From contig NC_045697.1 in assembly GCF_009834535.1 (NCBI RefSeq), positions 42,720,001-42,784,000 on the forward strand: DNA of 64,000 nucleotides. Direction: 5' to 3'. The notes under the pieces were generated by a model. That model ran no database searches, was not told where the DNA came from, and worked only from the letters and a program-made list of their open reading frames with translations. Positions 1 to 12,210 of the stretch are shown here, piece by piece; within the stretch, counting starts at the first letter, position 1, and each line of letters opens with the position of its first letter. Source of the stretch: Camelus ferus. Its lineage: Eukaryota. The position numbers and the translations under genes were made by a program.

Positions 1-294
1 TTCTTTAGTTTTTCTGTTTCCTTTATCGTATTCTTAAGAACATGACAAACTCATGAATGTATTCAGTAGAACCACTGGTGATTTTATTAACAAGTATTTC
101 TGATCACTTGTTATCTGCTATTACAAATTTTTAATCAAAGTAAGAATCTTTTTATAATTAAGCCATCATCTTTTAATATTTGATTTGTAAGTGGATTTAC
201 CATAGAGGTTTAATGGAGTATACATCTAGTTTTTTTTTATGATGTACATTTGAAAAGTAGTGTAACAATAATATCTGCCGTTTATTATTTATCA

Positions 295-299
<5 letters not shown>

Positions 300-342
<43 letters not shown>
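300..342. repeat. (AT)n microsatellite
   Basis: About 21 perfect AT units. Confidence 0.98.
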
Positions 343-348
<6 letters not shown>

Positions 349-361
349 AAATTATTTCTTT

Positions 362-560
362 ATCATTATTACTTATTGAGCACCTGGCATGTTCAGGTCA
401 CAGTGCTAGAGGGTTAAAAAATGTAAAACTCCAGTCCTGTTAATTCTACAGGGTACTCATCATCCCTGTTTACACCTGAAAAAATCATGGCTTAGAGGTT
501 AAGACACATCCCCATGTCACAGTGATAAAGCCACGATATAAATTCAGTTCTGTGTTTAAA
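362..560 (-). mobile_element. MIR SINE, degenerate
   Basis: ttattgagcacct...cagtgctagagg...cttagaggttaa resembles the reverse MIR consensus. Confidence 0.65.
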
Positions 561-1607
561 GCCCGGCTCAAGCAAACAGTGGTGTTTTAAATATCTGTGG
601 GAAGAACTGAACGCCTCATACTTACACCAGTGTCCACCTGTGTAGTCTAGAAACTTCTTGGGTTGCTGGGTCTGAAAGGGAGCCCCGTAAGAGACAGTCT
701 CGACATGAACAGACACGAGGTTGGCAGCGCAGTTTGCTGGTCCGGACAGTCTTTTCACCTTAGAAAGTGGGCTTTGAAGCTAGTGTGCCTACAGGTGCCC
801 CTCGGTAGAAAGTACTCCTTACGTAAAAGAGCCTTCTGGGGTTTGCTAAATCTATAGTAAGGATGTCTGCATGACCAGAATTTTAGGCTGACAACCCATT
901 AATTAAATAGTAAATACTCAGGAATTCCTAACAGTAATCTGAACCTTTTTCTTCAAAAATACTTGTTTTCCCACATTGCCATTTCCCTGGATCCTGTTTC
1001 TCTTCGTATTCCAGCAAAAGAGAAAAGTTCTCATGCTAGTTTGAAGCAGGGGTCCCTGTCAGACACATGTCCAGGTGTGTCCGATTCAGTAACGGACTCA
1101 TCACACACATCAGGCCCACATCTCCCTTCATCTTTCTTGGACCACGTACTGCAACAGTGCATTTCTCACACTTTGTACATTTTTTAAAAATCTGTCCAAT
1201 TGTTCCTCAGAATGGACTTAACAGGAATTGATGGCATAAAAAAATAGATTCCGGGTTTAAATCCTGTATTTTGGGGGCCCTGATTGATACATCTCCACAT
1301 AGAAATAGTCTGAAGAAACCCAAGCCGGGTTTCAGTTGCCGCTCCCCCTTCCTTCTAAGATCCTGGCCCGAGTCCAGGAAAGAGGTGGTAGAGAGTGAGA
1401 TTAGAGCCTCCCGGGTCTTCCAGGCTCCCCTCCTCCCCCCATGGAAGGAGGCGGGGACACAGGAGGAGGGTGAGGACTCTGCAGACATACTGCGCAGGGC
1501 CCTCGCTCCCAGCACGGGCGCTGCCCTTCCCTTAGGGTCCGCGTCTCCCAGAGCCCCTCCAGGACCGCTCCGCTGTGACCAGCCTGGTTTTTCTCTTCTC
1601 CTCCTAG

Positions 1608-1787
1608 GCCTTACTTGGCCACACGGACACTGTCACCTGTGCCACCGCATCACTAGCCTATCACATAATTGTCAGTGGGTCCCGTGACCGAACCTGCATC
1701 ATTTGGGACCTGAACAAACTGTCGTTCCTAACCCAGCTCCGAGGCCACCGGGCTCCCGTTTCTGCTCTTTGTATCAATGAATTAACA
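1608..1787 (+). CDS. WDFY3: WDFY3 coding exon (7th from last), WD40 repeats; upstream exons lie outside the window
   Basis: ctcctag|GCC...ACA|gtaagt, 180 nt, phase 0-0; ALLGHTDTVTCATASLAYHIIVSGSRDRTCIIWDLNKLSFLTQLRGHRAPVSALCINELT has GH...WD signatures and matches recalled ALFY sequence. Confidence 0.97.
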
Positions 1788-3699
1788 GTAAGTAGTAAAT
1801 TGCCTACTTGGTTTATGTGTCAGAAAAAAAGTAGCTCTGGCCAGTAGAAACAAAAAATGGCTCTATGTGTTTTCTAAGTTGATGGGCGCTCATTTTTAAA
1901 AGCCACTTGACTTATATGTTGTTTGCAAAAGGAAATGAATATTAAACTTTGTAACCCAGAGAGCAGTTTTGTCTTAGAATCCAATCATGGCAGCATACTT
2001 AAAAGTATTTGGGTCAAAATAGAACATTCTAGAATATGCTTTTTAAAAAGCAGATTTGTGGGACTTTTAAAATTGTGTTGACGTTTTTATGAAATATATT
2101 CAAAGTATTTATTATATGAAGTGAAAAGAGTAACATTTGGATACCCAAACAAGACAATACTTATTGTAAAACTTTTCAAAACAGACCCTAAAGTTATCAG
2201 AGAACAGTATCTCTTCTCAAAAATACAAATAAATACAATGAATCAGAATAGGAGCCCCCCCCATGCAGACCAGGCCCCCCTGTGGTGGCGGAGGGGAGGG
2301 CAGTCACTGCTAAGGTGTGTTGGCAAATGGGGAGCTAAGGGTAGACGTGGAAAGACTGAGGTCTCGGTGTCCAAGGGACAAATGATCAGATTCATATGTA
2401 GGTGAAGCCCACATACGCAAACCAAAATCCGCCATAACCCTGCTCCTCCTCATTTCTTAGCTCTGTACACCCGATCCCACCGTCACCCTCAGCCCTGCCG
2501 GGATCGTCCTGCATGACACAGGGTAGTTCTAACCGCGTCACACCGTCACCCATGGGCAGCTGTCCCCTTGAGGGATGCTGACTATTACGCTTTTAGTCAG
2601 ATACCTTGTGGTCACTCAGAGAAAAAGGAAAAGGGAAGTTACTCAGTTCTAGTTAACGGCACTTTGATCCTCTCGTCATAGTAAGAGTCATCAGAGTTGG
2701 GAATGAGTGGGGTGCGTGAGGGCTAAAAGAGTCAGATTCTTCTTTTGTTGTATTTGAAAGGCTTAAAATGTGTTTCGAACAGCACCTTGGGTTGGGCGTG
2801 CCAACACACCTAAGAGGTGTGTGGAAATATCCGTGCAACAGAAGCGCTGTGATCCCCGCTGCGTGGCTATGAGTCCAAGGCTTAGTCGCGCTATTTCAAG
2901 CACTTTGTTTTGGGTTTGTTGTTAACTTAAACCCTGAGAATTTTATTTATAGTTAGCTGTTATTTGAGCCAGTACACACCCATTGGATTGCAGTTGTTGC
3001 TGCAGACACTACAGACGTACTTGATTCTTCCCTTTTAAGATGCTTTTGTAATCTCTTAGTGACTTGTGGAAAGATTTCCATTCCTGCTATGTTTCCTGCC
3101 ACCACTGTCAAGGCTGCTTTACTTCACTTTGCATTTTGGGCCTCAGCTACCTTTCAGCTGCCCTTTAATTCTCCGTCTTACTCTCAGCCCTCATAACCAC
3201 GGGGTTTGCTCCAGCGCCCTCTAGCTGAGGTGCCCTGGGGTAAGTGAAGAAAGCCTCGTGTGGCGCTGCCTCCTGTCTCCTGCAGAGACTGGGGCCGTTC
3301 ATTAAAACTCAGCTGCTGACACTTGCCATCAGAGGCGGTGCAGCGGCTGGTACAGAGGTAGGCACGGCAGTGGTTTGCTAAGCATTATTTTTGTTTGGGA
3401 TTTGGTTTGGTTCTTGCCTCCTTGGTAGAATAAGAGCCGAGGGAGAGAACAGATAGCAAGACCGGCACGGACAGTGGTCTGGAAAAGCCCCAGGCCATCT
3501 TGGCAGCCACCCCGGCCTCCCCGTTCCCTTCTCTCTTGTGTTGGTGCTGCTGTTCAGTGTCTGGCTTCCCTCTGCTTTTGGTGACCGTCTTCCAGTTTCT
3601 GTAGGTTCTCATGTGCCTCCTGGCTGTACTGGAATTCACCAGGTCATTTCTGAAGTCAGCACCTTGCATCGTGACAGCCGGGCTGTCTCAGGGATGAGA

Positions 3700-3912
3700 C
3701 AGGCAGCTTGGGATGTTGTATAAGCTTTGGGGCCAGAGAGAGCTGGGTTCAGGTCTTTACTCGGTGACATCAGGCAAGTTATTTAAGCTTTTTGCATCTC
3801 ACTTTCATGCTCTCTTTAGAGGCTCAGAGCAGCTAAGCTCACAAGATTGCTGTAAGGATGGATGGAATGTGCCGGGCGTCCACCACAGTAACACGCAGTA
3901 CATGCTTCAGGA
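3700..3912 (+). mobile_element. MIR SINE, degenerate
   Basis: gagctgggttcagg...gtgacatcaggcaagttatttaagc, a MIR core-like sequence. Confidence 0.6.
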
Positions 3913-4679
3913 AGCACCTTAATTTCTTTAGTGCTAGTGGATTGTATTCTCACCAGGCTGGGTAGAGCCCAGCCGGGCAGAATTTGAAGGAAAAGCTTGG
4001 TTTTTCTTCCATCTTCGGAACTCATGAAAACCTGTATTATCAGTTCAGGGAGGCTTAGAGTGTGTTCATTTTGCCAAGAAATGACCTACATACCAGTTTT
4101 CTTTTTTTTTTCCCCTCATTCCCCGAACCTTACTGTGAATACAAATTTTTAAATAGGATATTGCAGTGTTATCAAGATTTCATCTCTTCATTTATTGAAG
4201 AGAGTTACAGCTGTATATGGACTGAAAGATTTCTACCCTGTGGTTTTGATGATCGGGCTCATTTTATAAAATTTTATAAAATTAAGTACCTCTAAATAAA
4301 AGGTATAAATAGGTTTTGTAAACAGTGGGAGGAAAAAGAAGTAGTTCATCACCTCCTCGGGTTACAGACCGCTTTGATCTGGAATAAAGCGGACTCTTCA
4401 GTGTGCATGGGCGTGAGCTGGGAGCGCCAAGGAGCTCCTGCCTCTCTCCATTTGCTGGCACCTTGGCTGCAGTATCCACGCGACCTCGAATTCCTAAAGA
4501 GGCCTCTGTTCAGGGTATTCATTAAGTCAACCAGCACTGAATTCCATGCTGCGTCAGAAATCACCCAGTCACCAGGTCAAAGGACCAAGAGGGTTTCTGA
4601 GAGCTAGGCCAAGGGTTCAGTTTGCTTCTGAAACTAGAGTGTAACCTGGCGTGAGTGAAGTTCTTCTTTCTCCTCTCAG

Positions 4680-4862
4680 GGGGACATTGTGTCCTGCGCT
4701 GGCACGTACATCCACGTGTGGAGCATCAACGGGAACCCTGTCGTGAGTGTGAACACATTCACAGGTAGGAGCCAGCAGATCGTGTGCTGCTGCGTGTCGG
4801 AGATGAACGAGTGGGACACGCAGAACGTCATAGTCACAGGACACTCGGACGGCGTGGTCCGG
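4680..4862 (+). CDS. WDFY3: WDFY3 coding exon (6th from last), WD40 repeats
   Basis: cctctcag|GGG...CGG|gtaagt, 183 nt, phase 0-0; GDIVSCAGTYIHVWSINGNPVVSVNTFTGRSQQIVCCCVSEMNEWDTQNVIVTGHSDGVVR. Confidence 0.97.
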
Positions 4863-6024
4863 GTAAGTCGGCTGCTCACCTGGGACTTGTGAAGCTGTCC
4901 ACGGTGGGGGGCACCTGGAGGGCACCTGGAGAGCGAGGTGCTGTTTAGCGAACTCTCACTCTGATTCAGACCAAGCTTGGGCATTGTGTTACCAGACATG
5001 GGGGTCATCAGTGACTGGCCTCTTCTCTTCCCATTAAGTGTACCTGTTAGTGCTACTAACCACTTGACAGCTTGACACAGAATCACTTAACCATGATTCC
5101 CACGTCACACTGGGATTGTTAAAAATGTCGTCTGCTTAAGTACTGGCTTTTCATCCTGTCAAGTGGCTTCTTAGGGGAAACAGGGGCTGTCTCTTCTCTG
5201 CAGAGAATCCCAGAGCTAGAAGATGCTCCCAGGGCCTCAGGTCATCCGTTCATTCCCTGCCTAGAATCCTGGGTGATTTCATCTGAACAGTTTATCATCT
5301 GAACAGTTTATCCTTTCTTAGTTTTGTATGCATTGGGCCTCTACCTAAGATGGAATCCATAAAGTGTTTACCTCTATAGTCTGTTCTGGCATTTGGGAGA
5401 CTTTTCTGTGTGTCTTTCTTCTTTAAATGCACTCTATAAAAGCAGAGAGCAGCTGGTTTCTGCCTTGTAATCAGTCACTTGCTGAGCAAAATGAGGCCAT
5501 CGGCCACACCCGTGCCACACCCATGCCACACCCATGCCACACCCTGCATCTCAGAGGACAGGCCCACCCCGGAGCCGGCTGCCTGCAGAGCAGCATCCCA
5601 GATTACTCCACCAGCCAGGCATGGCGAAGCGCCCCTCAGCCAAGATACCCCCGGGGCCCTGCTCCCTGCGTGCCTTCTTGGGGATCTGGAGTCTATATCA
5701 GCACGTGTGAGGCTCCCAGGGGTTTTTGTAGGAAACAAAGAAGTGTGCTTAGTTGAACCATGATTTTCGAGTGCATTTGGCCCCAGTCCTTTCCCCTCCA
5801 CCGTGAAACACCCAGTAACATCTCATGGAACACAGCTTGGGAGGAACTGTTTATTTGGAGGCAGTCCCTGCCAGTTTTCAAGATAGAGAGAAATCTAACT
5901 ATATACAAATAACAGAAATTAAATTATCTGTTTAATCCTGAGATCCCATTTTCATCCAGTAACATATAAATTGTTCTTGTAATCTGTTTAACTGGTTTTT
6001 ATTTTCATACTCACTTGAATTCAG

Positions 6025-6121
6025 TTTTGGAGAATGGAATTTTTGCAAGTTCCTGAAACACCAGCTCCTGAGCCTGTTGAAGTCCTGGAAATGCAAGAAG
6101 ACTGTCCAGAAGCCCAAATAG
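6025..6121 (+). CDS. WDFY3: WDFY3 coding exon (5th from last)
   Basis: gaattcag|TTT...ATA G|gtattt, 97 nt, phase 0-1; FWRMEFLQVPETPAPEPVEVLEMQEDCPEAQI. Confidence 0.96.
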
Positions 6122-8812
6122 GTATTTAATACTTTCTAAAAAGTAATTCCATAATTTTCTTTTTTTTAAGTCATTACGAACACACTTACATCAAACAACA
6201 CAAGCAAGAGGCTGAGGCTAGGCGTTGCTGTTAGAAGCAGGAGCCCTGCCTGGTGTTGAAGGAGCCGGGCAGGCACGCCAAGTCCTCTGGTTCACCAGGC
6301 AACGCCCAGCGTGGTGGTGTCCTGTGGTCAGCTTCCGCATCTCATGATAAATATGGTTATGAGCTCCCTGGAGTACCAGACGCTTGGGCTTTCCGTTCAG
6401 AAAAATAAAAGTAGATCTGGAGGGCACCGTGTTAGATAGACGGCCACACCTCAGACCCACGTCTGTCCCACCCATGACTTAGACAGCTCAGTGTGAGGGA
6501 CACAGGGGCATTAGGCTGGTAAACTCTTCACAGAGGCAAACCAGAGTCCACGCCCTGGGCCTGCTCAGGAAGGGCATTCATTCAAACAGAAGTGATCTGT
6601 TATCAGCTGTATGTGAAGCACTTTAAAATTTTCCAGTGAAATATGGAGATAGATTATTTTTGTGCAGAATGATTGGAAGCAATGCCATAAAGTCAGGCTA
6701 AGATCCGCTTTGAGTTACTGAAAGAAGTCATCCTCCATCGATTTAGAACACTTGGTACAAGACACTTCACAGAAAGGACCAGGGTTTTAAGTTTAACCTT
6801 TCGGTTGTCTCTTCGTGGTTAATGTTTGTGCCCTGAGGATTCAGCGTAAGCTTGACGATGTGAGGGAGTTACTAAGGGAAAAGGTGTATTATCAGAAAGG
6901 CATAAACCACCTGTCCTAGGAAGCCAAAAGTGGTTTTTACTGTCTTTGCCAGAACCGACGGACTGGGCATTTTAATGCTTGTACTACCTTAATGCACGTA
7001 AATGTCTACCTAGTCAAATGCAGCCCTGCTGAGAAAGTCGTCTGGGTGTTGGGGGACCTAAAAATTCAGTTGTGTTCAGTAGGTATTTGGGAGCTAGTAG
7101 CCACGTGTGTCGGATGCTGAGTTACGCAGTCCAGCGAGAGGTGGGCCACTTGTACCTCCTTTAACAGAGCTTTCGAGTGAACTACAGGGGACAGGGATGA
7201 ATAAGAGAGACCGAAGTCAGGTCCAGGGAGGAGGGACATGTATGTCCTCTTCCTCCTCCCATATTCATACTGTGGTCAGAGTTTGGCAGAAGTGGCAGAG
7301 GGAGAGAGCAGCCCACAGGAGGGTTGACCTGGGACGGTGACAAGGTGGTGGGACTTGCGGGCAGTGGCCTGCTGAAAGGGACAGGGACAAGCGGGTGATT
7401 CACTGGAAATCAAAGCCGTTTTATTTGAAGCTTATTTGAAGACTATAAAATTAATGATCATAAACCATTAGGTGAAAAAAATTCACTGAAATTAGTCAAC
7501 TAGTCTACTAATGTTAGCGAGTAGAAAGGAGGCAAATTATGTATCAGTCTTGCTAAAAAAAAAAAGGTGTAGTGGGCTGGTACTTAAATGCATGTGCATG
7601 CTCTTTTTTCCAATTACATATATTTATTTCTCATAAATATTCCCTCTAGTAGACTTTATTGCAGGGCTTTGAGATGAAGAAATGCACAATAACAATAGAA
7701 TGAGGAAGAAAAACAAAATTCTAAATCACAGCTTTCAACACACCTGGTAATAAGTCCCTTTGCAGGGCAGGGCCTGGCGAGCTCACAGATTGGGGCAGGG
7801 AGGAATGACTCACCAGTAGCCAGGCTGTAGACAGGCTTGAACCATGCGACCAGGTGCGAGAAGGTGGGCCCCTGCCGCTGGCTCTCCTTCCTGCCCTCCT
7901 GACTGGGACCCGGTGCCATTCAGATGCGCTGGTGAAACCCCCTCGCACCTTTTCTTGTTGTGCTCCACCCTGACTCCCAGTAAAAGCACTTGCCCAGGGG
8001 TCCTTCTGTTTCTCCCCTGCATGCTTGAGTCCCCTCCCTTGGCACTCTCTCCCAGGTGACCACCATGCCCTGTGGCCCGCAGTGACTGTCTTGAGACCTC
8101 TGAGTATAATAAACTTTTATTCCCCCCTCAAAAAACAAAATTAAAACTTTCAACAATAGTTCATTCATCTATGTTGTTGTCATTTCTGTTGACTGCTCTA
8201 TGGAAGACACCGTGCTTGGGACTCCTTTCCAGCTGTTCACTGCCTTATAGAAAGAATGTCCAAAAGTAATAGTTTGGGGTGAGAATTTCAAATATGTGAG
8301 GGAGTCCAGAGGGATGGTTACTTCCTGTTGCAGGAATGAGGTAAGATTTTAGAGACAGAAGCATTTATGCTATACCTTGGAAGACAGGCAACATTGGAAG
8401 ACACAGAGACTGGGAAGACAGGTCTAGGCAGGGCCAGCCCGCGTGTGCAGAGTCAGCTGTAAGGAGGAGCAGGGCTGCGGGGAGAGCAGAGTCCGCGGCA
8501 TCCAGCTGAACCGCGGTGGGAATGGGAGGCAGGTAGGTAGTGAAAAATTCACAGAGGCAGGTTTTGGCCAGACTATGAAAGAATGAATGCCAAGCTGAGC
8601 ATTTTGGCCAACGCATTCTCTGAACTCAGAAATTCTACCGTTTAGCTAAAAGTACCCAGCTGAAAATTCTGACAATTTATTTTCTCTTACTATACTAAGC
8701 TTAAAATACTAAGTCTGTTGTGTCTTAACTAGTAGAGGAAAAATACCAATGGGACAAAGCTGGCTCTAACTGTAATGTGTGTGTGTTTCCTAATTCTCCC
8801 AATACTACCCAG

Positions 8813-9136
8813 GGCAGGAAGCCCAGGACGAGGACAGCAGCGACTCTGAAGGCGAGGAGCAGAGCATCAGCCAGGACCCCAGGGACACGCCCAGCCAGCC
8901 CAGCAGCACCAGCCACAGGCCCCGGGCAGCCTCCTGCCGAGCCACGGCCACCTTGTACAACGACAGTGGCTCCGACGACTCCCGGCGCTGGTCCGACCAG
9001 CTCAGCCTCGATGAGAAGGACGGCTTCATCTTTGTGAACTATTCCGAGGGCCAGACCAGAGCCCACCTGCAGGCCCCCCTTACCCACCCCCACCCCAGCC
9101 CCATTGAAGTGCGGAACTACAGCAGATTGAAGCCCG
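8813..9136 (+). CDS. WDFY3: WDFY3 coding exon (4th from last), acidic/Ser-rich linker containing the LIR motif
   Basis: cccag|GG CAG...CCC G|gtaact, 324 nt, phase 1-1; QEAQDEDSSDSEGEEQ...LSLDEKDGFIFVNYSEGQ...NYSRLKP. Confidence 0.97.
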
Positions 9137-9708
9137 GTAACTTGAAGTCCGGGGTCTGCTTCTCGCTCCTTGTGGGCGGCGTGAGGGTTGGTGGACTGAG
9201 GCAGGGGCTGTGGGGGCCACCCACAGAGAGGGCCTCAAGCTGCTGCTTGTGCGCAGTGGACCTGGAGGCCCTTAAGAGATTCTGCCCTGCAATGGTGTTT
9301 GCAATATGTTGAGTGTTTTTTTGGGTTTTTTTGTTTTTTTAAAGAAAAACACCTCAAACCAAAGACTTCATTCGTTCACAAATCATGAAAACCTCTGAAA
9401 ATAGACAAGTTATAGATCACAGATAAGTAAATGTAGTCACAGGTAACTAGCAAGGTCCTCAGGTGGAGAAGTTGTATCTTGTCCTGAGGAGTTCCCCTTC
9501 TCTGTGTGTGTCTCTTTGAAGGGGACGATCTCTGACCTGGCCCGTGGCCAGCGTCAGGCTAGACTGTGCCTTCAACTGAGGCACCAGAAAGGCTGCCAGA
9601 CTGTGCGTTGGGGGCACCGCAGCCATTGAGGGCACCAGGTTGGGCTGCACCCACAAATGTTGTTTCCCTTCGCTCTAGTAGGTCACTCCCCGCACTCTTC
9701 CTCTCCAG

Positions 9709-9820
9709 GGTACCGGTGGGAACGGCAGCTGGTGTTCAGGAGTAAGCTGACGATGCACACTGCCTTTGACCGGAAGGACAACGCGCACCCAGCGGAAATC
9801 ACCGCCCTGGGCGTCTCCAA
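9709..9820 (+). CDS. WDFY3: WDFY3 coding exon (3rd from last)
   Basis: ctctccag|GG TAC...TCC AA|gtaagt, 112 nt, phase 1-2; YRWERQLVFRSKLTMHTAFDRKDNAHPAEITALGVS. Confidence 0.97.
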
Positions 9821-10212
9821 GTAAGTGTCAGACCTCTTCCCACCACTCTTCCCACTGGCTCCTTGCCCAGCCCGGGCCCCACCCTCCAGGCAATCTCTGG
9901 GGAGCACAGGTTTCACCCGCATCGTCACACGTGGCTCCAACAGACGATCAGAAGCAGCAGCCTGGCAGTGTGTGGATTCCAGTTCCGAATTTAAAAAACA
10001 AAAAGCTCTGCCTTCTGTGTTCTTCGAAGGTCCAGCAAGGTTTGATCCAAGGAGAGGGGAGACGGAAGAGTAAACCGGGCTCAGTTCTGCTCTTGCCCCT
10101 TTGCCCCCACCGCAGCGCCCTGGCCTGCGGGCAGCCTGTGTCACAGCAGGCTCTCCAGCCGAGGCGGTGCCGAGGCCTTCCCCGCGGTGACTCTGCGTCC
10201 TGTCTCCTGCAG

Positions 10213-10410
10213 GGATCACAGCAGGATCCTCGTGGGCGACAGCCGAGGCCGAGTCTTCAGCTGGTCCGTGAGTGACCAGCCCGGCCGCTCCGCTGCCGAC
10301 CACTGGGTGAAGGATGAAGGAGGGGACAGCTGTTCGGGCTGCTCGGTGCGGTTTTCCCTCACAGAAAGGCGGCACCATTGCAGGAACTGCGGTCAGCTCT
10401 TCTGCCAGAA
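10213..10410 (+). CDS. WDFY3: WDFY3 penultimate coding exon, last WD40 part and N-terminal half of the FYVE finger
   Basis: cctgcag|G GAT...CAG AA|gtaaga, 198 nt, phase 2-2; contains the FYVE motifs WVKD and RRHHCRNCG. Confidence 0.98.
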
Positions 10411-10559
10411 GTAAGATGAGGCACAGTCTGTCTGTCTTGGGCTAAGCGCTCAAATGTTCCCTTTGCCCGGCACACAGAGTCTGAGTTGCTGTTTGGACCC
10501 CGCTCCAGTGGGCTGTGTCACTTAAACCAGCTTCACTTTCTCATTTTTCTTTTATTACC

Positions 10560-11780
10560 ATTGCAAAGTATCTCTGTCATACCGGAAAAGACAGAGGCAG
10601 CCATCACAGAAACCTGGACACCCTGACTCAGAGTGGGAAGGTGCTCATGTTTTCCCATATTTGCATGTAAAACATTACAGATTCACTTTAAGTCCTCTCT
10701 TCACGCACACCAGTCACACCCTCTTCTCCATATTTTTGTGCTTTGACTGCATGCATCTTATTCATAGACAACACTATATTATTGTTTGTTGTGTTTTCAG
10801 TTTACATAAATACAGCATACCATCTGTACCCTTTGTAACTTGCTTTTTTTACTCAATGTTCTTTTTGAAATCCATTCACGTAAATAACTATCATTCTAAG
10901 TTTTATTTTGACTGCTGTCATATATCTTTTATACAAATACATCAAAATTTATCTCCTTTCTTTTCATGGGCTTTTAAGGGATTTTTTCATTCTGTCAGTA
11001 CTGTAAACAGTGCTGCAGTGCACACCCTTGTAAGTGCCCTCTTAATACACAAGCTGGAGCTTCCTTAGAGGAGATACCTCGGAAGGGAATCGACAGATCG
11101 TAGACACACTGTTGAGCTTAGCTAGATGTTGCCAAATGACTCCCCGAAACATCTGTGCTGATTTACTCTGCCTCCAGCAGGGTGTGTGGTTCTCCCAGTT
11201 CTTCCTCCTGCGTGGTATTTGCCAACCTTCTCCACCTGCACCGGGCTGAAGGCAGGCCACGAGGTTGTTGTTTGAACTCCAGTGCTCCTGAGTCTGAACA
11301 TCTTTTCATATGCTTATTGCCAATTTGAGTTTCCTCTTGGGTGACTTGGCCTGTTTTCCTCTGAGTCTGCCCTTCTGTTTTTCTCCACCTACTCGAGGTG
11401 TTATTTGCGTATCGCGGACTCTCAGCCTTTGTCTGTTAGATGTCTTACAGATATCTTCTGCCAGTCTGTGGCTTGTGTTTTAACTTTATGCATGTTTTTT
11501 GTGTCACACAAGTTTTAAATTTTGTTGTACTCAAGTGAATGATTTTTGCTTTTTTCTGTCTTAAAATCTTTCCCTGTGCTGAGGTCATGAAGATGGCCTT
11601 GTTTACTTTCTTTCGGAAGTTTCAAAGTTTTGTTTTTCACGTTTAGGTCTTTAGGTCCAAATGCATTTGGAATTTATTTGGGGGTGTGACGTGGGGCAGG
11701 AATCTCTTATGCTCCCCTGTGTGAAAAGCCCGCTGTCCCACCATCACTGACTCGGATGCCGTCTCTGTCGTGCCCTGGGG
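10560..11780 (-). mobile_element. Ancient L1 (L1ME-like) 3' fragment
   Basis: Degenerate reverse L1 3' ORF2/UTR phrases (gaacatcttttcatatgcttattgcc, atatcttctgccagtctgtggcttgt, ttcacgtttaggtcttt). Confidence 0.75.
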
Positions 11781-12014
11781 TCCCACCGTGCACGTGTGGT
11801 GCTCACTTTCCACGGCAGACGGCAGGAGAGTTCCCGTGGGCAGTACTCTCTAATGCTCACATGGCCTCACTAGAGAGAGGCCTTCACAGAAAACAGAGTG
11901 TGTTTGTGTGTCATCGTTTCTGAGCCAGTCACTGAGGGGCGTTAGCTTATTAGAAAGGACGTGGCCTTGGACTTCCTCTGACCAAATGCTCCCTGGGCTG
12001 TGTCCATTTTATTA

Positions 12015-12210
12015 TCTCAGGTATGTTTCTCACCCTCTCTGAGCTTCAGTTTCTTCATCATCTGTAAAATGCAGGTAATTACACACACACACACACCCCC
12101 CACTGTCGAAGGTGTTGAGAGAATTAAATGAAATCATGTATGAGGTTTGTAAAGCACCAGGTGTAAAGTCTGGCAATATAAGTGTTCAGTAAGAAACGTT
12201 ATTATAATCA
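12015..12210 (+). mobile_element. MIR SINE with embedded short (CA)n
   Basis: ctctctgagcttcagtttcttcatc...tgtaaaatg...gagaattaaatga...tgtaaagcac, MIR core. Confidence 0.8.

Noticed and set aside
8953..9312. 119 aa ORF as an independent gene
   Set aside because: It is the WDFY3 exon frame reading on into the intron
9683..10378. 231 aa antisense ORF, the longest in the track
   Set aside because: It overlaps two GC-rich WDFY3 exons and a GC-rich intron where stops are scarce; no recognisable protein and no ATG start evident
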